From Azolla caroliniana (Eukaryota; Plantae; Polypodiophyta), in NCBI GenBank assembly GCA_043228905.1, contig JBHGNT010000015.1, positions 19,716,001 through 19,780,000 of the forward strand: a stretch of 64,000 bases of DNA, written 5' to 3'. The notes below the pieces were generated by a model. It was given only the letters and a program-made list of their open reading frames with translations, was not told the origin of the DNA and searched no databases. Numbering within the stretch: position 1 is the stretch's first letter; every line of letters begins with the position of its first letter. This document shows, one piece after another, positions 38,184 through 47,391 of the stretch. The position numbers and the translations under genes are program-made.

Positions 38184-41100
38184 AGATGTCGAGGTTTTCC
38201 TCATGGATGCTTGGAATGAGGCGGGACCTCAGGGGTCCTGTACTGAAGAGCAAGAGAGAAAGGACAAGAGACCCACTACGTGCGAGCGTAGATTCACAGG
38301 GACACGGCCCTTCGACACAAAGACGCGAGTGGGACAGCGACACAGAGAGACACGAATGTATGTATGTATTAACAAAGACAACAACAAGAACACGGAAGCA
38401 ACAAAAACACGAAGTCGGTTACAACCGAACAAGCCGGCAAACAGATGCCGATGCCTGTTCGTAAATGCACAGAAAGACAGGAGTAGGTTGGAGGTGCTGC
38501 CGGAAGCACTCGGGCGTTCCTCAGAGCAGCGCGAGCCTCCCGAAACCTGCACAGAAGGAAGCTATGGAGTTTGCAAACCAGAGAGAGAGAGAGAAGCCTT
38601 CGCACGCAAACCGACAGCACTTCGTCCTCGACTCTCCGCGATCCCTTCGCCCTCCTCGTCTCCCTCCTTTTATAGGCAAGGAAGGAGCCGTTTCCCCTTT
38701 ACTTCCTACCCACTAAATCCACCTACCTAGGATCTCCCATGTCCCTAATTCTCTCCTATGTACAACACAAGGCGTGCGTGCATGAAGAGCCGGTTCCTAT
38801 GCTCCGGTGCACCGATTCCGCTTGTGGACGGTTTTCTTCACGACAATGCGGGCGATGTTATAGCCCGGAAAGTATGGCAGGCAGGCTATGGTGGCCAACA
38901 ACGCAAAAGGACGCATCCGAGTATTGTAGAAAGTGTGATTTGTGTGAACAGATGGGCCAGCCCGCGGAATGCGCAAGGATGCCACACCAGCCCGTATTAC
39001 CGATAGACCCCTTCCAAAAGTGGGGATTGGATTTTGTGGGCCCCTTCACACCGGCGGCAGCCCGTATGGGCAATAAATACATATTGGTAGCTACGGATTA
39101 TTGCACCAAGTGGGTAGAAGCAAAGTCACTACGTGAAAATACGGTGGCCGTCACAGCCAGATTCCTTTATGAGCACATTTGGTGCCGGTTCGGCTGTCTG
39201 ATTGAGCTCATCAGTGACCAGGGGAGTCACTTTCTCAATACGGTGGTTTGGGAACTAACACATCATTACGTCGTAGTCCATAAAAAGAGTACGCCATATT
39301 ATTCACATGCGAATGGGTTAGTGGAATCCACCAACAAGATGTTGCAGACCATCTTGAAGAAAATCGTCAATGAAAATAGAACGGACTGGGATACCAAATT
39401 ACAGAGTGCGTTATGGGCGTACAAAACCAGCTACAAAACAAGCATACAGTCAACACCGTTTCGACTAGCGTTTGGGTTGGAGGTTGTGATGCCGGTCGAA
39501 TTTCAGGTACCGAGTTTGCGAATTCAGGTACGGGACCGATTATCGGAAGCCAAGTCGGAGGAGGTACGGCTCCACCAGCTACTTGAACTCAGGGAAAAAT
39601 GCGTACACAACATGGTTGTGTTGGAGCAGGAACAACGACGGCGTAAAGCGTTTGTGGATCAACATCGGAACGCAAGAGAAAAGGAGTTCGTCATCGGTTG
39701 GGCGGTGTTGGTTTTCCAAACCCGCATGGGCCATATGCCAAGGAAGTTACGCTTCCGCTGGACCAGCCCATACTGGATAATTGGAGCAGAACAAGGCACA
39801 TTCCAACTAGGTACACTGGCCGGGGAAGTAGTACGGCAAAAGGTGAATGGGTTTCGTCTTAAACCTTACTTGGCCTCTACGCCACCTAACCCATTCACCG
39901 CCAAACAGGACAAAGCCGAAGAACCCGCGGCGTAAATGGGCAGCCCCACTTGTACCATAATGTAAAAATAGGCTGCATATAACCATTACGGAAAGAAAAA
40001 AAAAAGAAAAAGATAGCGACTATTAAAAGGACTAAATGCATGCACAAACTCCTAGTTCAAGAACACGCGACACCACGATGGCTCACCACCCAATGAACCC
40101 TAAGCCACAAAAAGAAGGAAATAGAAGATCTTCTGCACAAAAAAGAAACCCACCTTCTAACTATCAGCGCTCCCATCACTCCTCCCCCTCACCTTCTCCT
40201 CCATCCTATCACAAAGCTCCAGCCCACCGCAACCACCAGTCTCCTTCCCATGAACCTACTCTGGCGATGCCGATCTTCATCTCTACTGCCTTACGCCGAT
40301 GGCTCATGGAGAAACGCCTGGATGGGTACATCCGGGTCGCAGACGCACCCCCACACCCAGATGCCATGGACATTGCCAGGAAACTGAACATCGACACGGT
40401 CACCAACTCTTCCATCCGGAAAAAGTTGGACCTGTCATCGCTAGGCGAAAGGCATTTCGAAATCCCTCCTGCAGAGGCACTGCAGCGATATTTCGGCCCA
40501 TACTCCTCCTCCGCCAAGGCCTATAGAACGAAGCAGATCCCAGATCCCTTCTTCCATGAAGTTGCCAAGTTCCTGTTAGAGGTCAGTTGCGTACATGTCA
40601 ACGCATATGGGATACCCAAGCAGAAGGCGGGCATCATTATTGATACCTTTGAAGGACGTGCGGTCGACTGGGGGGTCATCACAGGGCCGACGTTACGGGA
40701 AGGCCTGCATGCGTATCAGGCAGGAAAAAAGCTCAGGCCGATCATACAACAGTACCTTACGGTACTATTCCCACCCTGAGGCCTGCCGGCACCATAGCCC
40801 AGCCAACCCACGCCCCCGCCCCGATCCGCGAAACGCAGGTTAGCGGAGTTAGCGGCCATAGAGTGGGAAGAGGTGTTGGAAGCAATGTCGTCAGTGCGGA
40901 AGATCTTGAAGCACTCGATTCCTGTTTATTCCCTGTGTATGACAGAATGTAGGTCGTTGCACAGAGAGAGAGAGAGAGAGACACAAAAGACTCTTTATTT
41001 CACAAAGCAATAATACAACAACCAACCTCACAAAGAGGTTACAAGGTCACTATATATAGTGACCGACTTAGGGCAACTACCCTTTATGCTAATTACATAA

Positions 41101-41345
41101 ATGGCCAAAACGGGATGGTGTGAATACGTCCATTATACACATGTATTAGACACTCCCCCGTAATGGGCGTATACATGGGTTATCTAAGATTACAGGTATA
41201 GACTTAGGTTCTCGGACATATCAGCTTTGTTCGAGTCGGCAGGATCCGAAGACAGAAGACCGAACTGGTCGGGTCGGAACAGTTGAAGCCGATCATTAAG
41301 GAGCTGATGTCGGTTGTCGGGAACCATCCTGCTCTGTGTCCGGCT

Positions 41346-44300
41346 CTAACCGGACTGGTTTGTCGTTACGCCCATCTGATGCCGAAGAGACCGAAAACGG
41401 TCTGCCGAGAGACATTTGGTCATTCCATCTGCGACATTATCGGTTGTGGATATTTTCTCTAGACCGATTTTCCCTGAAATGACGCAGTCCCGAACGAAGT
41501 GATATCGAACGTCGATATGTTTGGAGGCGTTGTGGTGAACCGGATTTTTCGACAAGGCAACAGCACCTTGACTGTCGCTGTAGACAACTGGAGCCGAGTC
41601 ATGTTCGACTTGTCGAAACGTGTGCGCCAGCCGACCGAGCCACAAAGCTTCTTTTGTTGCGTCGGACGCAGCTACATATTCTGCTTCGGTCGTTGAGGTC
41701 ACTGTGCACTCCTGAAGTTTCGACTTCCACGAGATTGCTCCATTGCCGAATTTGAAGCAGTATCCGGTTGTTGATTTCCGACTGTCTATACAGCCGGCGA
41801 AGTCCGAGTCGGTGTAACCGACTACGCCTGAGGTTCGGTTCGGTCCGAAAAGAATGCCATGGTCTTTTGTGCCAGCCAGATATCTGAACACATGCTTGAC
41901 TGCGTTCCAATGCGATCGGCCAAGATTGTGCATAAATCTGCTAACGACTCCTACGGCATGAGAGATGTCAGGCCGTGTCGCGACCATCAGGTACATAAGG
42001 GAGCCGACTGTCGGTGCATACGGTACCGACTTCATATCTTCCCCCTCCGAACCGGATGTCGGGCAGTCTCGCTGAGAGAGCCGAAGATTCATAGGGAGTG
42101 GGGTTGAAGCAGATTTGGCTGATTGCATGTTGAAGCGTTCCAAGACACGTCCGATATAGTCGGTCTGAGACAAAAAAAGATGTCGTTTATCGCGATGCCG
42201 ACTAATCTTCATGCCAAGGATGTGTCGTGCCGGACCGAGGTCCTTCATGGCAAACTTCAACCGCAGTTGCCGAACGAGATCGGCAAGTTCGCCCGCGTGG
42301 CGTCCAGAAATTAGCATGTCGTCCACGTAAATGATGAGGAAGATGGGTGATCCATCTCGAGCTGTGTTGGTGAAGAGACAATGGTCCTCATCGCTTTTGG
42401 AGAAGCCGATTGATTGGATGAAGTCGTCGAACTTCTTGTACCATTGTCGCGGTGCCTGTTTGAGGCCGTATAGACTCTTCCTGAGTCGGCAGACTAGATG
42501 TTCTTGACCAGTTGCCACGAAGCCTTTTGGCTGCTCCATATAAATTTCCTCCTCGAGATCACCATGGAGGAAGGCTGTTTTGACATCTAGCTGAATCAGC
42601 TCCAAGTTGTCGGCTGCCACGACGCCGAGCAGAAGACGAAGGGTTGTCATTTTCACCACTGGTGAAAAAATCTCGTCGAAGTCGACGCCATATTCTTGTC
42701 GGAAGCCCTTCGCAACTAATCTGGCCTTGTACTTTGGGGTGGTCGAATCAGACGTCTCTTTTAGTCGATAAACCCACTTGCAAGGAAGAGCACGTCGGTT
42801 CCTAGGTAATTCGACCAGATCCCAAGTCTTGTTTGCCCGGATGGAGTGCATTTCCGACTCCATCGCCAGATGCCAGGTGGCCGAATCGACAGATGTCAAT
42901 GCTTCTTCGTAAGACGTCGGTTCGCCGGCGTCGGTGAAGAAAATTCCAGGAGAATACCTCTCCGGAGGTTGCGACAGTCTCTCGGATCGTCGAGGTATGA
43001 TTGGACTGGTCGCATCGGGTATCGAGGTCGGATGGTCCGAAACCGAATCATTCGGCTGTGCCGAGTCAGAGTTGTCCGAGTCGGTAGTATAAGGTTCAGC
43101 TACCCGTGAAGCTGACCGTGTGTTGAGAGCGGGGCCTTCTTGAAGGGTCGGCACATCGGAGAATGTTACCCTTCGGACTTCGATCGGTTTTTCGACTGAT
43201 GGATTCATAGCCGACTCGTTGAACACAACGTCCGAACTTCGAACGATTTGTCTGCGTTCGGGGTCCCAGAGTCGGTATCCCATTTCGCCGTCTGATCCAT
43301 ATCCAAGGAAAATGCATTTCCTGGACCGAGGTGCAAGTTTTCGGCGATCATCTTTCGGAATGAGGGCGTACGCCTCGCATCCGAAGATCCTCAGCTTGTC
43401 GTAATTCGGCTTACTGCCAATCCATAGTTCCTGAGGAATTTGAAGTCCTAGAGGTCTACTTGGCGACATATTGATTATGTGTACTGCCGTGAGTAGAGCC
43501 TCTGCCCAGAAGCCATCCGATAGTTCGGAGTGTTGGAGCATGGAAACTATCCTTTCTTGGATTGTCCGATTCATTCGTTCGGCAATCCCGTTTTGCTCCG
43601 GACTGTGTGGTGCCGTAAATTCACGTCGGATGCCGCGTTGTCGGCAGAATTTGACGAATTCATCGGATTTGAACTCTCCCCCATTGTCTGTCCGAAGGCA
43701 TTTCAGCTTTCGGTCGGTTTGATTTTCTACCATAGCGAGCCAATCGGTGAAGATCGAGAAGACACGATCTTTGGTGCGAATTGGATAAGCCCACACCTTT
43801 CGAGTCGAATCGTCAATAAAACTGACGAAGTAAGAGGCACCGCCTAGAGACTGATGCGGCATTGGGCCACAGACGTCCGAATGGACTAAATCGAGAGGTC
43901 TCGTTTCTCTTGGTGCTGATGTCGGGTGTGATGCGGCTACTTGTTTGCCATACTGGCAATGCTCGCAGAATTGATGGTCCGAGAAGGAGAGTTTGGGGAT
44001 GTATCCGGCGCTAGATAGGTGCGTGATGCCGGCCTTGCTGAGGTGTCCTAATCTTCGGTGCCATAATGATGACACAGGAATGTCCACCAAAAACAGGTTA
44101 CCCTCTCTGAGCGTAACATGTAACGGATACAGTGAGTGTATCTTGGGTCCTCTAGCAAGCAGGAGGTTCCCCCTGTGGAGTGTCCACCCTCCCGAAGAAA
44201 AACCGGCACGAATGCCGTCTTCATCTAGTTGTCCGACTGAGATCAATGGCCTTGTGAGCTCGGGTACATGTCGGACATTGTGGAGTACAAGTGTAGAGCC

Positions 44301-44447
44301 CCCTGCAAGGTTGAGCTCTACTGTGCCGATTCCGACGATGTCACAGTGTTGTGAGTTGCCGACTCGAACTGAGTCGGAGTGACGGATCGTATATTGCTGA
44401 AATTGGGATCGATGAGGAGTCACGTGAAATGAGGAGTCAAGAGCCAT
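41346..44447 (-). CDS. Copia-E pol (protease remnant, integrase, RT, RNase H), out of frame with gag
   Basis: WHRRLGH..CEHC, HSDVCGP, LRTDNGGEF, YVDDML, GYTDSDFAG, STTEAEY, KHIDVRYHF. Confidence 0.92.
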   Translation of the reverse strand: MALDSSFHVTPHRSQFQQYTIRHSDSVRVGNSQHCDIVGIGTVELNLAGGSTLVLHNVRHVPELTRPLISVGQLDEDGIRAGFSSGGWTLHRGNLLLARGPKIHSLYPLHVTLREGNLFLVDIPVSSLWHRRLGHLSKAGITHLSSAGYIPKLSFSDHQFCEHCQYGKQVAASHPTSAPRETRPLDLVHSDVCGPMPHQSLGGASYFVSFIDDSTRKVWAYPIRTKDRVFSIFTDWLAMVENQTDRKLKCLRTDNGGEFKSDEFVKFCRQRGIRREFTAPHSPEQNGIAERMNRTIQERIVSMLQHSELSDGFWAEALLTAVHIINMSPSRPLGLQIPQELWIGSKPNYDKLRIFGCEAYALIPKDDRRKLAPRSRKCIFLGYGSDGEMGYRLWDPERRQIVRSSDVVFNESAMNPSVEKPIEVRRVTFSDVPTLQEGPALNTRSASRVAEPYTTDSDNSDSAQPNDSVSDHPTSIPDATSPIIPRRSERLSQPPERYSPGIFFTDAGEPTSYEEALTSVDSATWHLAMESEMHSIRANKTWDLVELPRNRRALPCKWVYRLKETSDSTTPKYKARLVAKGFRQEYGVDFDEIFSPVVKMTTLRLLLGVVAADNLELIQLDVKTAFLHGDLEEEIYMEQPKGFVATGQEHLVCRLRKSLYGLKQAPRQWYKKFDDFIQSIGFSKSDEDHCLFTNTARDGSPIFLIIYVDDMLISGRHAGELADLVRQLRLKFAMKDLGPARHILGMKISRHRDKRHLFLSQTDYIGRVLERFNMQSAKSASTPLPMNLRLSQRDCPTSGSEGEDMKSVPYAPTVGSLMYLMVATRPDISHAVGVVSRFMHNLGRSHWNAVKHVFRYLAGTKDHGILFGPNRTSGVVGYTDSDFAGCIDSRKSTTGYCFKFGNGAISWKSKLQECTVTSTTEAEYVAASDATKEALWLGRLAHTFRQVEHDSAPVVYSDSQGAVALSKNPVHHNASKHIDVRYHFVRDCVISGKIGLEKISTTDNVADGMTKCLSADRFRSLRHQMGVTTNQSG

Positions 44448-45355
44448 GTGCTCGATTCTTCAGTCGTGAGTAGAACTTCTGATCCGACTGGATTTTCTAT
44501 TGATAGTATATTCGGGTCGTCCGGTAGTACATCAGCTGAGAAGCTGACGTAATTGATCTCCTCATGCCGGCCACTCTTCTTGTTGTTCTTGTTCTTGAGT
44601 GCGCGGCAGTCGGCTTTGATGTGTCCGGGTTTCTTGCAATAGTTGCAGATTCGGTTATCCCGTGACTGGCTCCGTCTTCGCTGATTGTTCGGCGGCCGTG
44701 AGGAATCTCGTCCTCGTATGTTCGATCGGTCTGTCGAACCTTGTACTACGTAGGCGTCGTCTGTTGAGTCTTTGGCGAAAGACTTTCTCCGAGCTGCTTC
44801 GGTCAGGATTGCGCTCGTGACTTCGGAGTATTTAACAGCCGTGGTTGACGCGTTGCACACGGTTGTGACGAAAGTTTCCCATGATGGGGGAAGGCTGCTC
44901 ATGAGTATCATTGCTCTGAGTTCATCCTCGATTGCCGTCCCCTGTGACGAGATTTGGGAGCTTATGCTTTCGTACTCATTGAGGTGTGCTTGGACCGAGT
45001 CGGATTCTTTCATCCGCAAGTTGTAGAGGCGCCGGATCAGAAACATCTTCGTTGCGGCGACCTTCTTTTCGTAAGTGTCCGACAGTGTTTTCCACAGTTC
45101 GAATGTTGTCGTACACGATTGCACCGTGAAGTATACCGATTCCGATAGGTGCATCCGAATCGTGGCGCGGACGATTCTGTCCAGCTTCTGCCACTCAATT
45201 GGTTTGTATCCTTCTGGAGGTTCTTCATTTTCGATGGGATCGATTTGCCCCTTGACTATGAGATAGTCCTGCATTTGCTCCTTCCAGAAGTTAAAGTTCG
45301 ATCCATCGAACTTTCGTAGACTCATTTCTGACGAGCCGGATGTTGATGCCATCAA
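44420..45355 (-). CDS. Copia-E gag
   Basis: KFDGSNFNFWKEQMQDYL, SSLPPSW, CNYCKKPGHIKADC. Confidence 0.9.
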   Translation of the reverse strand: MMASTSGSSEMSLRKFDGSNFNFWKEQMQDYLIVKGQIDPIENEEPPEGYKPIEWQKLDRIVRATIRMHLSESVYFTVQSCTTTFELWKTLSDTYEKKVAATKMFLIRRLYNLRMKESDSVQAHLNEYESISSQISSQGTAIEDELRAMILMSSLPPSWETFVTTVCNASTTAVKYSEVTSAILTEAARRKSFAKDSTDDAYVVQGSTDRSNIRGRDSSRPPNNQRRRSQSRDNRICNYCKKPGHIKADCRALKNKNNKKSGRHEEINYVSFSADVLPDDPNILSIENPVGSEVLLTTEESSTWLLTPHFT

Positions 45356-46894
45356 ATTTGGTTTCGGTTGACGAAGCTCGGTTCGGAGTTGACTACGAAT
45401 CTTGTTGGAGTGCAGCCTGTTGGCTCACCCGATATCGTTCTAGTCGGATTTGAACCCGAGTCGGTTCGGCTTCGGATATATGTATTGTTGAACTTGCTCG
45501 AATTGACTACGGTAACCTGAGGGACAGAACCGACTGGTCTTCCCGAATGTCGCCGAGTCGGAGTGAGCCCGGTTCGCTTCGGATATATATGCCGAATACC
45601 GATTATTGAAACCGATTATCTGGACCGATTCGGCTTCGGGTGACTGCAGCGACGAGAGAGACGGATCCGACTGATCCTCCCGAATGTCGATCAGCCAGAT
45701 GAAGCACGAATTTGGGTTGTTGTCAAAGTTGCACAAGGGGATTTCACCTCGAGCGGTTACGATCACAAGGGACAGAGTACAACCTGCTGGCTTACTCCAA
45801 GCAAGGGGATCTAACGCGATGAGGTGCAAACCTCGTTTTTGTTCTTCTTCTCTCTTTCTTCGAATGACGCAGGAAACCGAATGCAGAGACGACGGCCGAC
45901 AGCGGATTGAAGGACCGACTACTGTGCAGGCTCTGATACCAGATGTTGGAAGCAATGTCGTCAGTGCGGAAGATCTTGAAGCACTCGATTCCTGTTTATT
46001 CCCTGTGTATGACAGAATGTAGGTCGTTGCACAGAGAGAGAGAGAGAGACACACAAAAGACTCTTTATTTCACAAAGCAATAATACAACAACCAACCTCA
46101 CAAAGAGGTTACAAGGTCACTATATATAGTGACCGACTTAGGGCAACTACCCTTTATGCTAATTACATAAATGGCCAAAACGGGATGGTGTGAATACGTC
46201 CATTATACACATGTATTCGACAAGAGGAACCCCAACCCGCCCAGCCAGACACACAAACAACGCAGGAGGAACAGCTGACACGTTCCGTGGCAGCAGCCCT
46301 AGAGCCCGACACCGAAACACGGCAGGATAGCCCCATACCAAAACGGCGTAGATTGGACAGGAAAGATGGGCGGGGATTGGTCAAAGACGTCCCCACGGCG
46401 ACAGAAACAACAATTGACGACGATGGCTCCGTAGCTACGGAGCACAATACCACCTTCGAAATCATACGAGAGCCACGGTCGATCATTACGACCCAGTCCC
46501 AACGAGGAAAAGACGTATTGATGGCGGAAAGCGTGGTGTTGGCATATCCAAATATCCCGGATACGGCCCATGAGTTCAGCGCCCTCTTACAATTCAGAAC
46601 CTCTTTTGAGATCATGGAATTCCTGGCAACACAATAGATAAAAGCCTCCCAACGAATGGCCGAGGAGCACGCAAAGCGCGAGATGATTGAGTGTGCCCTA
46701 ACACAAACGGTGGAGAGCGACAATGAGGACCAGCTAGCTAGGGTTGGCAGACAGAGGAACGCCGGGGTACGCCGAGTAGGGATGGAGCTACCCCCATTAA
46801 ACACGGCCCTAGTCGAAGTCCATAGGGAACTGGCAAAGGTCAGCACAGGCGCCAAGGAGATGGCCATTAAAAATAAGAATGTCTGGAAGAAGGT

Positions 46895-47391
46895 GTCGGG
46901 AGTGTCGATCCGACCGGTTTCGCTTCTAACATGTTGAACTGCTGAAGCACCTTTGTCACGTATTTCTCCTGTGATAGCCACAATTGCTTCGTTGGCCGGT
47001 TTCGGATGATATGCATCCCCAACATCTGTCTTGCCGAACCCAAGTCTTTCATTGTGAAGGTTTGGTTGAGAGCCTTCTTCAGCATTTGTATTTTGGCTTG
47101 GTCCCGTCCGACGATCAACATGTCGTCCACGTACAAAAGGAGTATCAGGAAGTCGCCTCCTTCGAACTTCTTCACAAACACACAATGATCGGCTTGCGTT
47201 TTGTGGTACCCTTGATCTGTCATGAAGGAGTCGAACTTCCGGTACCATTGTCGGGGAGCTTGCATTAGTCTGTACAAGCTCTTCTTCAACCGGCAAGCCA
47301 GGTGCTCCTTCCCTTTCTCCACGAATCCTTCCGGTTGCTACATGTAGATCTCCTCTACGAGGTCGTCGTGAAGGAATGTTGTCTTCACGTC
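46895..47391 (-). repeat. Inverted copy of a copia RT segment (partner 48396-48892)
   Basis: Reverse complement aligns from DVKT.FLH through KPVGSTLP, including YVDD. Confidence 0.9.

Larger units (their letters stand above)
31924..38845 (-). mobile_element. Gypsy-W copy D: full-length element with two 659-bp LTRs
   Basis: LTRs 31924-32582 and 38187-38845 (about 10 substitutions by eye); PBS 38166-38183; PPT 32583-32594; TSD ACGC/ATGC; host integrase rejoins as GGHYAGDV. Confidence 0.96.
40874..46222 (-). mobile_element. Copia-E: young full-length Ty1/copia (Tnt1/Tork-like)
   Basis: 279-bp LTRs 40874-41152 and 45944-46222 differing at 2 positions; TSD AGAGG; PBS-Met 45930-45941; PPT 41153-41160. 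Confidence 0.97.
40036..46894 (+). pseudogene. Extra ORF 3' of Gypsy-C pol (40036-40873 and 46228-46894), split by Copia-E
   Basis: Pro/Ser-rich N-terminus, globular region ending GRAVDWG, frame continues across TSD AGAGG (IEWEE|EPQP), PKRRR motif, helical tail; internal stops. Confidence 0.6.

Noticed and set aside
47361-47376. gtcgtgaagga resembling a Gypsy-W LTR end
   Set aside because: It is the antisense of copia RT codons FLHD; no TG start, TSD or LTR body
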